28,661 nt of DNA, taken from the NCBI GenBank assembly GCA_037917625.1, contig JAVCBY010000099.1, positions 1 through 28,661 of the forward strand, read 5' to 3'. The notes beneath the pieces are model-generated. The model had not been told where the DNA came from, ran no database searches, and saw nothing but the letters and a program-made list of their open reading frames with translations. This document shows, piece after piece, positions 9,174-17,649 of the stretch. The DNA comes from Thermoproteota archaeon (GTDB lineage: Archaea; Korarchaeota; Korarchaeia; Korarchaeales; Korarchaeaceae). The position numbers and the translations under genes are program-made. Positions within the stretch are counted from its first letter, which is position 1. Each line of letters opens with the position of its first letter.

Positions 9174-10258
9174 CAGACAACCCCCCTCATGCTCCTCATG
9201 ATGTGATCAGCTATAGTGAACGCGAGCATACTCTCTACCACCACCACAGCCCTAGGGACTACGCATGGATCATGCCTACCTTTAACCTTTATCTCCACAT
9301 TCCTCAGCAGTTCCAAGTCCACCGATCTCTGAGGTTTAGCTATCGATGGGGTGGGTTTGAAGGCCACTCTCAGGACTATCGGCTCCCCCGTCGTGATGCC
9401 TCCTATCGCTCCGCCATGATCGTTCTTCTCATACCTTATCTTCCCATCCATCACCCTGACGGGATCGTTGTGCTCAGACCCCCTCATCCTAGCTGCTCTG
9501 AATCCGGATCCGAACTCCACTCCCTTGACAGCCGGTATCGAGAACATAGCCTTAGCTATATCTCCCTCTATCGTATCAAAAATCGGTTCTCCTAGGCCAG
9601 GAGGGACGTTCAAAGCTATGGCTTCGACTATACCACCGACGCTATCCCCTTCCCTCCTAGCCCTCTCTATAGCTGCCGCCATCCTCAAGTAACTCTCCTC
9701 ATTAGGAGCTCTCACCGGATTCGCATATCTATAACTCCTCGCATCATCTAACGTGAAGCCCTCAGCTCTCTCACCTCCTATCTCAAGGGAATAAGCTATC
9801 ACCTCTATCCCAAGCTTCTCAAGGATCTTCATAGCCACTGCTCCAGCCATGCACATGGATACAGTCAATCTACCTGAGAAACGGCCCCCTCCCCTAAAAT
9901 CGTTATACCCGGAGTACTTCAATCTAGCGACGTAATCTGCATGCCCGGGCCTAGGGAACCTGCTGATCTCCTCATAGTAAGATGAGTCTATATCCTCATT
10001 CCTGACTATCATGGAGATAGGCGCTCCAGTGGTGAAACCATTGAAGACACCGCTCAATATCTCGACTCTATCTCTCTCAACTCTTTGACTCACTAACTCA
10101 GATTGACCTGGTCTCCTGAGGTCCAATATCCTCTGGACATCTTCCTCGCTCAGGGGAAGTCCTGCTGGAGCGCCTTCAACTATCGCCCCGACTATAGGGC
10201 CATGGCTCTCACCGAATGATACTAGCCTTAGCTCCCTTCCGAAGATATCTCCTCCCAT
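9173..10258 (-). CDS. aroC: Chorismate synthase
   Basis: GESHG, RRPGQS, PRPGHADY, RGGGRFSGR, FKPTPSI and GRHDPC signatures. Confidence 0.97.
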   Translation of the reverse strand: MGGDIFGRELRLVSFGESHGPIVGAIVEGAPAGLPLSEEDVQRILDLRRPGQSELVSQRVERDRVEILSGVFNGFTTGAPISMIVRNEDIDSSYYEEISRFPRPGHADYVARLKYSGYNDFRGGGRFSGRLTVSMCMAGAVAMKILEKLGIEVIAYSLEIGGERAEGFTLDDARSYRYANPVRAPNEESYLRMAAAIERARREGDSVGGIVEAIALNVPPGLGEPIFDTIEGDIAKAMFSIPAVKGVEFGSGFRAARMRGSEHNDPVRVMDGKIRYEKNDHGGAIGGITTGEPIVLRVAFKPTPSIAKPQRSVDLELLRNVEIKVKGRHDPCVVPRAVVVVESMLAFTIADHIMRSMRGVV

Positions 10259-10267
10259 TGAATCACC

Positions 10268-11860
10268 CTAAGGTCTGAAGGGCTTTACCCTCAGGAAATC
10301 TACTTCAGAGCTCCCGAGGTAAAGTGACACTCTAGCGCCAACTGTAGGAGACACTGTGAAGAATGTCATTGAGTATACGGCGGTGCCATTAGGATCTATT
10401 GGCTCTATAGCAATGGAATCATTCAGCTTGACCTCGAAACTGTATTCGAATGTATCTAGCCTCCTCAGATTAGCATCAACTCCTCCAGTTTCGACGCCTA
10501 ATGGATAGAGCTGTGAACTGAGCCTCAAGTTATCAGCGCGCTTCTCACCTATGTTCCTCAACTTGATGATCAATGAGATCAAGTAGCCGGAGTGAGTCTC
10601 CCTAGATACCGTCAAGTAATCATAGATCAGCGGGATCGGGGATCCCCTCTCACTCACTAGGAATATCGGGAAATTCCTGTAGGGCCATCCGATAATCTCA
10701 GCTAGCTGGAGGAGATTCGGGAGCTCCCCTGGCCTGAAGAAGCCGGTGGTCTCAATGTAGAAGTAGCTCTTATTATTTAATTCTATCTCTAAAGCTACTG
10801 GCCACTCCTTATCCCTGATCCTCTCGTATAGATCCATCAGGTCAACTAGAGCAACGTATATATTGCCAGCCCTTCTGACATCAGCCCTCACTTTAGGGAG
10901 CTTGATCCACTCCCGCGGGAGTGAGACAGCTACCGCTGCATGCGTGGGCATTATCAGTAGGATGGAATCGAAGCCCTCATGCCTTAGGAGGGATGAGAGG
11001 AGGATGGATAGGTCCTCACAGTCACCATCCCCCCTCTCTAAGGTCTCCAATGGGTAGCTGGGGTAGTCCCCAGTGGGCGAGTATTCATTAGCTTGAGAGT
11101 ACTTCAAGCTCTGGACGAATGACGCTATGAACCAGACCTTATCGTATCCCTTGATGCCCTCTCTCTCAGCTATGGAATCGAGCTTCTCAGCTAGCTCCTC
11201 GAGCACGGGATCATCATGAGGTGTCGTGAGCATGAGATACCACGTGAAGAGAGGAGAATCCGTTTGCAGCTCAACTACCTTCATCCTCGGTTTCACCCTG
11301 AAGAAAGTGACTAGATCCTCAGGTATCTCTATAGAGATGGAGTAACTCCTCCCTGAATTCGGAGGGAACTCCCAGTCGTAGGAGAGCCTCTCCTTCCTAC
11401 CTCCGAATCGCATAGTAGATGCCTCCTCTCGGAAGAGGAAGTCCAATATCCCGTTATCGATAAGAGCCTTCGTTCCCTTAAATGTCTCATTTCTCGTGCT
11501 TCCAGCTATGCTTATCACTATTCCTCCTTTAGTAGTTATGCTGAACGTCCAGAAGTTCCTTGAATTGAGGAGTGCGATCTTATCATTGTACGATAGATAT
11601 CTGCTAGCTATAGTTCCCACTCTATCAGCCTTCGGTCCTCCCAAGATGAAGTAATAATCGTAGCCTTCCTTGAGTCCATCAGATATCTCTACTTCTATAT
11701 TCCTGCTCTTGAGCCAATCAGAGATCAATTTCGCGGATGCCATATCTTTCTCATTTGATACTATGAGGACTCTCTCCTTCGCTGCATCTATTAACGCTAC
11801 TTGGAGCGTTAAGAGGAGCAAGAGCAACGGGCATATAACTCTAGGGGAGGATGGACTCAT
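10268..11860 (-). CDS. Secreted transglutaminase-like (Cys-His-Glu) protease with N-terminal cell-wall-binding-2-like domain
   Basis: Signal peptide, SFVQSLKY, YP.ETL..G.GDCED, PTHAAVAV and YIETT. C-terminal CARDB-like LRNIG segment. Confidence 0.8.
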   Translation of the reverse strand: MSPSSPRVICPLLLLLLTLQVALIDAAKERVLIVSNEKDMASAKLISDWLKSRNIEVEISDGLKEGYDYYFILGGPKADRVGTIASRYLSYNDKIALLNSRNFWTFSITTKGGIVISIAGSTRNETFKGTKALIDNGILDFLFREEASTMRFGGRKERLSYDWEFPPNSGRSYSISIEIPEDLVTFFRVKPRMKVVELQTDSPLFTWYLMLTTPHDDPVLEELAEKLDSIAEREGIKGYDKVWFIASFVQSLKYSQANEYSPTGDYPSYPLETLERGDGDCEDLSILLSSLLRHEGFDSILLIMPTHAAVAVSLPREWIKLPKVRADVRRAGNIYVALVDLMDLYERIRDKEWPVALEIELNNKSYFYIETTGFFRPGELPNLLQLAEIIGWPYRNFPIFLVSERGSPIPLIYDYLTVSRETHSGYLISLIIKLRNIGEKRADNLRLSSQLYPLGVETGGVDANLRRLDTFEYSFEVKLNDSIAIEPIDPNGTAVYSMTFFTVSPTVGARVSLYLGSSEVDFLRVKPFRP

Positions 11861-11906
11861 AAGGTTTAAAGGAGACTCAATATAAAAAGATTTGTGGGAT
11901 TCTTTT

Positions 11907-13289
11907 CTAAGGACCGTAACTCCTAAGAACGTCTTCCTCGGGCGGGGGTGAGGTTATGAGACCCTTCTCCATCAAGAACTTAGCTGACTCCCTAGCGTTC
12001 CTTATTATGCTGACAGCTCTCTCATAGAGCTCCTCCCTACTGAGTATCTTCCTAGCGACTCCTTGCTTTATGGATTGCTCAGCTGCAGCTACGGCCTCGA
12101 TGGGATAGACCTCCCAGTCCTCCATAGTCGGGAGTATGTAATCCTCATGCAATCCCTTCTCCTCAGCGAACCTCGCTAGCGCATCTCCAGCAGCTATGCA
12201 CATCTCATCAGTAACGGTCTTGGCCCTGACATCCAGCACTCCCCTGAAGATAGCTGGGAAGGCTAGACTGTTGTTCACTTGGTTGGGGAAATCGCTCCTC
12301 CCAGTCGCCACTATCTTCGCTCCCGCCTCCTTAGCTTCCCAGGGCCATATCTCCGGTATTGGATTGGCGCACGCGAAGACTATAGGATCTTTATTCATCA
12401 ACTTTATCCATTCCTGCTCTATGACACCCGGTCCTGGTTTGCTAGCTCCTACTACAGCATCAGCTCCCTTAAAAGCTTCCTCTATAGTCTTATTGTTCTC
12501 TTTGTTAGTCTTCATCGCTAGATCGTACTTCCACTTATCTTCCTTCTCCATTTCCTCCATATCAGGCCTGTCCCTGCAGAGGGGGCCTACTGTATCTATC
12601 AGCACGATGTTACCAGGGGGCACCCCAGCTGTTATGAGGACGATAGCCGTCCTCACGTTAGCAGCGCCAGCCCCATACAGGACTATCTTTGAGTCCTTCA
12701 TGTTCTTTCCAACGAGCTTGAAGGCATTGACGAGCCCAGCATATGTCACAGTAGCAGTTCCCTGCTGATCATCATGCCATACTGGTATCTGGAGTCTCTT
12801 CCTAGCTTCCTCCAGGACGTAATAGCACTTCGGTTTCTCTATATCCTCGAGATTCACTCCTCCGAAGTTCGGCTCCACCCACTCCAAGAGTTTTATCATA
12901 TCATCCGGATCGTGAGCTCTGACTACGAGAGGAAAGGCATCAACCCCGCCGAGGTATTTGAAGAGAAGGGCCTTCCCCTCCATGACAGGTAAGCCTGCCT
13001 CAGGGCCTATATTACCGAGCCCCAGGACCCTAGTCCCATCGCTCACTACCGCTACATAATTCCACCTATTAGTTAGGAAGAACGACTTATCGGGATCCGC
13101 TTTTATCTCCTTGCAAGCTGCCGCAACTCCCGGAGTATACCAGATAGAGAAGTCATCTAGGGTCCTTATAGCACATTTCGGCATTACTTGGACCTTCCCC
13201 TCATAAAACTGATGATAGGGGACGGCCAGTTTGGATGGCTTCTCGGCCTTCTTGAGGAGCTCCTCAGCAGTGGGCTTACGCTCGACCAT
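11907..13289 (-). CDS. mae: NAD(P)-dependent malic enzyme
   Basis: YTPGVA, VSDGTRVLGLGNIG, PVMEGKALLFK, NLEDI, HDDQQGT, GAGAA, ANPIPE and TGRSDFPNQVNN. Start moved to ATG 13289 (SD-like GGCGATC, TATA-like TATTTAAT near 13321-13328). Confidence 0.95.
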   Translation of the reverse strand: MVERKPTAEELLKKAEKPSKLAVPYHQFYEGKVQVMPKCAIRTLDDFSIWYTPGVAAACKEIKADPDKSFFLTNRWNYVAVVSDGTRVLGLGNIGPEAGLPVMEGKALLFKYLGGVDAFPLVVRAHDPDDMIKLLEWVEPNFGGVNLEDIEKPKCYYVLEEARKRLQIPVWHDDQQGTATVTYAGLVNAFKLVGKNMKDSKIVLYGAGAANVRTAIVLITAGVPPGNIVLIDTVGPLCRDRPDMEEMEKEDKWKYDLAMKTNKENNKTIEEAFKGADAVVGASKPGPGVIEQEWIKLMNKDPIVFACANPIPEIWPWEAKEAGAKIVATGRSDFPNQVNNSLAFPAIFRGVLDVRAKTVTDEMCIAAGDALARFAEEKGLHEDYILPTMEDWEVYPIEAVAAAEQSIKQGVARKILSREELYERAVSIIRNARESAKFLMEKGLITSPPPEEDVLRSYGP

Positions 13290-13577
13290 AATGATCGCCA
13301 TACTTTTAACCATATGGAAAATTAAATAGTTTACTACTGGAGAGCTGGCCATGCTACAACAAACCTACGATAAAATGGTAAGATTTCCATAGGAATTCAT
13401 TATGAACCCCTTCTCAAATAGCACTATTTATTACTGAATGCTGGGAAATTCGGCGAAAAGACCGGGGGAGTTGATCCATAGATCCGCTGATCGCAATAGA
13501 TCTCAGACCCCTTAAATCTCATTAAAATTTATTTCGTTATATTAACTAATAATGAACAATAATATTAGGTCAATTGC

Positions 13578-13601
13578 AAAATAAATATTAATATTTATTT
13601 T
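13578..13601. repeat. Perfect 24-bp A/T-only palindrome
   Basis: AAAATAAATATT|AATATTTATTTT is its own reverse complement. Confidence 0.9.
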
Positions 13602-14044
13602 TTATAGACGCTGATTCTCTAAAAATTTGAGCATATTCGTAATATGTAAATTTTAACTTTCTGCTGCCCCGTATATCCCTTCGGGATAATGGTTTATATT
13701 ATCTAAATGATTACTAAAAATCAAATTTTTTATGAATTAATTATCGAAGAATCTCATTAGTATTACAGCATATTATCTTAAGAGGCGTCTGATCCAGTAG
13801 AGTTCACACCGAGATCTCAGCTGGTTTTACGAGTATCCTGGCGCTAATCTCCTGAAACTATCGACTTCCTAAAATCAGATCTGATCTAGTGCATCGACCT
13901 CATATGTGATTCTCCATAAGTTAGTTATTCACCTAAAGAATGCTTATTCCTCACTCTAAATCGTTATTAGAGCTTTTGAAACGTTATGAAACGATCTCAG
14001 CAGTTTGACATATATATGGACTGGCGGTAGTATTATCGGTGCAT

Positions 14045-14218
14045 ATGAGGGTAAGCGTGGTCATGGTAGCGAATGCCGTAGTATATAACTTGGGGGTCGC
14101 CCTACTGGCCCTAGGTGTAGCTGGAGGGGCCTACGTGATAGTAGCTTCTGTCAACGTGGCCACGCTTTACCTTATATTCCACCTCTCCAAGCTAACTAGG
14201 TCCATTTTAAGGCCCTAA
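14045..14218 (+). CDS. Small hydrophobic ORF (57 aa), possibly the C-terminal remnant of a membrane protein
   Basis: Manual translation: MRVSVVMVANAVVYNLGVALLALGVAGGAYVIVASVNVATLYLIFHLSKLTRSILRP. GC and codon use look coding, unlike the AT-rich DNA upstream. The frame is open back to TGA 14006-14008. Confidence 0.45.
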   Translation: MRVSVVMVANAVVYNLGVALLALGVAGGAYVIVASVNVATLYLIFHLSKLTRSILRP

Positions 14219-15376
14219 CGATCCCTCTTTTCTCCTTAAGGATAAGAAGAGGACCAAGATCGCAAGCAATTGGCCTATGATCGTGTAATAGATGCCCAAG
14301 TTAACGATCTTACTCTGGATGAAGTAACCGAAGATCGAAGCGCTCACGAGATTTCCCACCCCGTATATCGTGTTGAAGATCCCATAGGCACTTCCCCTCT
14401 GATTTTCCGGTGCAAGAGTGCTTATAGCAGCTCTATATATCGATTCCTGCATCCCCAAGATTATCCCGAAGGATATAGCTGCTAACACTATATTTAGCCC
14501 TCCTCCGAGGAGAGTTAAGCAGGATGGGGCTATGGAGAGCGCGAATGGGATGTAAAGGAAGGCCCTTCCATATTTATCAAACATGAAACCCGCAGCTAGT
14601 GCTGATGCGGTGTCAACTAACTGTATCAACATGTATAGGAGCGCTGCCATCCCTGGATTAAAAGTTAAGCTTGACGAGAGGACTATGAGCGAGACATGGA
14701 TTAAGGAAATCGTATTCAGGAAGACCGCGATGTTATACATCCAAAAACTCCTCTCATATTTCAGAGAGAGCCTACCCCTGCCTCCCTCATATGGGGATAC
14801 CCAGGAATATCTCCTATAGACGTAGAGGGTCGAGGTCACGAGGAAGAGGTAAGGTATTAGGGAGCTCAGGAAAGCTATAGAGTAATTGTTCGAATATAAG
14901 AGGATGAGTCCCATCATCAAGGGTCCGGCTACTGCCCCTATTTGATCTAAGGCTTCATGGATACCGAATGCCTTTCCAGGCCCCATCCCCCTCGAGATGA
15001 ATGATATGAGGGAGTCCCTAGCTGGGGTCCTTATCCCCTTGGCTATCCTCTCGATCAGGATCAGTATCACTGCTATCTGGAGGGAATTAGAGAACCCGAG
15101 GAGAGGTATCGATAATATGAGAGCATATCCTAAGATGTAGAAGGCCCAGTAGGATTTACTCACATCTACTAAGAACCCGCTTATGAACCTGAATGATATC
15201 CCTATGAACTCCGTCACTCCCGAGATCAAACCGACTAGGAAAGCTGAAGCTCCCAGATAGGCTAGATACGATGGTATTATACCTCTAGCCCCTTCATAGA
15301 TCACGTCTCCGAGGAAACTGACTACGCCGAATAGGATTATCGCTTTATAAACTCCTTTATTGCTCAGAGGAGTCAC
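14207..15376 (-). CDS. MFS transporter
   Basis: About 12 hydrophobic segments. ERIAKGIRTPARD, GKAFGIHEALDQIGA, AGFMFDKYGR (motif A-like) and RGSAYG. GTG start with AGGTGAG upstream. Confidence 0.9.
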   Translation of the reverse strand: MTPLSNKGVYKAIILFGVVSFLGDVIYEGARGIIPSYLAYLGASAFLVGLISGVTEFIGISFRFISGFLVDVSKSYWAFYILGYALILSIPLLGFSNSLQIAVILILIERIAKGIRTPARDSLISFISRGMGPGKAFGIHEALDQIGAVAGPLMMGLILLYSNNYSIAFLSSLIPYLFLVTSTLYVYRRYSWVSPYEGGRGRLSLKYERSFWMYNIAVFLNTISLIHVSLIVLSSSLTFNPGMAALLYMLIQLVDTASALAAGFMFDKYGRAFLYIPFALSIAPSCLTLLGGGLNIVLAAISFGIILGMQESIYRAAISTLAPENQRGSAYGIFNTIYGVGNLVSASIFGYFIQSKIVNLGIYYTIIGQLLAILVLFLSLRRKEGSLGP

Positions 15377-15395
15377 CTCACCTGCTAGGGGACTG

Positions 15396-15408
15396 AAAAA
15401 TAAAAAAA
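15396..15408 (-). terminator. Oligo-T tract after hppA (archaeal terminator, possibly also the TATA box of the MFS gene)
   Basis: The minus strand reads TTTTTTTATTTTT a few nt after the hppA stop. Confidence 0.55.
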
Positions 15409-15411
15409 TTG

Positions 15412-17490
15412 TTAGCCGAGTAAGTAGAGGGAGTAGAGGAGTATCGCAGATCCCATGACTATAGAGACGTTGTTGACTAGCTTGAGGAGGACGTGGAGGC
15501 TGGGTCCCGCGGTATCCTTTAGGGGATCTCCGACAGTATCCCCTATTACTGAAGCCTTATGCTCCTCAGTCCCCTTCCTACCGCTCCTCTCTATGTACTT
15601 CTTCGCGTTATCCCAAGCAGCCCCTCCCGTGTTCATGAGGAACGCTAACATGATACCTGCGGCAGTCACGCCTATCTGGAAGCCTCCCAAGGCTACGGGC
15701 CCTAGGAGGAAGCCTACTACTATCGGGGTAACTAAAGATACTAGGCTAGGGACTATCATCTCCTTCTGGGCAGCTCTAGTACTTATATCAACACATTTAG
15801 CATAATCGGGCTCATTCTTTCCCTCTAAAATCCCAGGAATCTCCCTGAATTGTCTCCTGACTTCCTTTATCATCTCCCAAGCTGTCCTTCCTACAGCTCT
15901 TATGGCCCTACTGGAGAAGAAGAATGGAAGTATGGCGCCCGAGATGAGCCCTATCAGAGTGACAGGTTGCATTAAGTTGAAGTCCTCTATCCTGACCACA
16001 TCTACATATGCCTGGAAGAGGAGGAGAGATGCCATCGCAGCGCTCCCCATAGCGAATCCCTTAGCGAGAGACTTAGTGGTATTTCCAGCGGCATCCAGGA
16101 CATCCTTAACCTCGCTACCTACTTCCTCCTCTATCCCCGACATCTCTATTATACCGCTAGCATTATCAGCTATCGGGCCATAGCCGTCCATAGCTAGTAT
16201 TATCCCAGTGAGTGAGAGCATCCCTATGGTAGCTGCTACTGTCCCATAAATACCTGAGAAATGCGGAGGAATGCCATTCATCTGTCCATATATCCCTCCC
16301 AAGTAGTAAGAAGCTCCTAGAGCCGCTAAGACTGATATCACTGGGATAGCTGGGGCCTCCATGCCAACGGAGAGACCGGAGAGTATCGTAGTCGCGGGAC
16401 CAGTCTCAGTCGATCTGACTATATCGAGGACGGGCCCGTGGACCTCAGTGTAATACTCTATCGCCAACTCTATTATGAGAGCAGCTGCCATACCGAGGAG
16501 AGATGCTATATAGAGATATTCGTGACCCGGGCCGAACCAAGATGTTACGAAGTAAAAGAGGACAGCTGTAGTTATCACAGAGGCTATCAAAGCCCTCCTC
16601 ATGGCAGAGACAGGCATCTCCCCCTCTCTGGGTTTGACGAAGAGGGAGCCCACTAGAGTCCCTATTATACCTATAGCTCTAGCGACTAACGGGAAGAAGA
16701 TGAAGTATAAGTTCTTAGTCAGTAGGTAGAGGGCTGCCCCTATTATCATAGACCCTATGTTCTCAGCTGATATAGATTCGAATAGATCGGCACCTCTACC
16801 CGCGCAATCCCCGACGTTATCGCCTACGTTGTCTGCTATGACGGCTGGATTCCTAGGGTCATCCTCAGGTATTCCAGCCTCGACCTTCCCGACTAAGTCA
16901 GCTCCCACATCAGCCGCTTTCGTGTAGATACCGCCACCTAGCTGAGCGAAGAGAGCCGCTAAGCTAGCGCCGAATCCGAATCCCATAACTAAGGTAGGGA
17001 TCCTCTCGACTTCGCTCCATCCGTTGAGCCACCAGTAGAGGAAGAACATACCAGCTACTCCAGCTAAGCTCATGGAAACTACCATGAGCCCTAAGACGAG
17101 GCCACCTAAGTAAGCTACGATGAGGGGCTTTTCCTTACTTTCTCTAGCTGCTTGCGCTACTCTGACGTTTGTTATAGTGGCCGCATCCATAGATACGTAA
17201 CCAGCGAGTAGGGAAGCTATAGTGCCGAGCATGAATGACGCTGAAACGTATGGTACTCCCCCATGCTGGATGAGATCCAGTATGTAGATGAGGGCCCCTA
17301 TGACGACCATAATTAAGAGTATAACTTTATACTGCCTATGGAGATAGGCTTTTGATCCTTTCCTTATCGCTTGACTTATTTTAATCATTTTTTCATTCCC
17401 TGGGCTCATTCTAGCTATTAAGTACCTCAGTAGTAGGGCTATAAGGATGCCCGAGGTCGCGGATGCTAAGATCACCAGTTCCCAGAGCAC
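15412..17490 (-). CDS. hppA: Membrane-bound ion-translocating pyrophosphatase (predicted K+-independent H+-PPase)
   Basis: GGGIYTKAADVGADLVGKVEAGIPEDDPRNP, DNVGDNVGD, GPIADNA, GNTTK, GGAWDNAKK and GDTVGDPLKDTAGP. Confidence 0.96.
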   Translation of the reverse strand: MLWELVILASATSGILIALLLRYLIARMSPGNEKMIKISQAIRKGSKAYLHRQYKVILLIMVVIGALIYILDLIQHGGVPYVSASFMLGTIASLLAGYVSMDAATITNVRVAQAARESKEKPLIVAYLGGLVLGLMVVSMSLAGVAGMFFLYWWLNGWSEVERIPTLVMGFGFGASLAALFAQLGGGIYTKAADVGADLVGKVEAGIPEDDPRNPAVIADNVGDNVGDCAGRGADLFESISAENIGSMIIGAALYLLTKNLYFIFFPLVARAIGIIGTLVGSLFVKPREGEMPVSAMRRALIASVITTAVLFYFVTSWFGPGHEYLYIASLLGMAAALIIELAIEYYTEVHGPVLDIVRSTETGPATTILSGLSVGMEAPAIPVISVLAALGASYYLGGIYGQMNGIPPHFSGIYGTVAATIGMLSLTGIILAMDGYGPIADNASGIIEMSGIEEEVGSEVKDVLDAAGNTTKSLAKGFAMGSAAMASLLLFQAYVDVVRIEDFNLMQPVTLIGLISGAILPFFFSSRAIRAVGRTAWEMIKEVRRQFREIPGILEGKNEPDYAKCVDISTRAAQKEMIVPSLVSLVTPIVVGFLLGPVALGGFQIGVTAAGIMLAFLMNTGGAAWDNAKKYIERSGRKGTEEHKASVIGDTVGDPLKDTAGPSLHVLLKLVNNVSIVMGSAILLYSLYLLG

Positions 17491-17649
17491 TTCGATCCCC
17501 CCTGCCGCGAGCCCTCAAATAATTAAAAAGTTTACCACTCAACTGAAGGCACATATTCAAAATGGTAAAAATATTTTCCGTAAAAAATTGAGGATATTCA
17601 CCCCTATATAACATGAATATTCACTACACATCTTTGATTTTTTAATATT

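Noticed and set aside
12196..12768. 190-aa plus-strand ORF and the other 60-130 aa antisense or nested ORFs in the track
   Set aside because: They lie opposite or inside well-supported genes, are Ser/Pro/Leu-rich shadow frames, and show no motifs.
13290..13352. N-terminal extensions given by the ORF track for malic enzyme (also 4454, 6086, 1835, 20499, 26583 starts)
   Set aside because: Downstream starts fit SD or TATA spacing better, and several extensions run through promoter-like DNA.
13353..14040. CRISPR array or tRNA in the long intergenic region
   Set aside because: No regularly spaced 24-40 bp repeats and no cloverleaf or TTCRAATC arm. The AT-rich stretch resembles a CRISPR leader only in composition.
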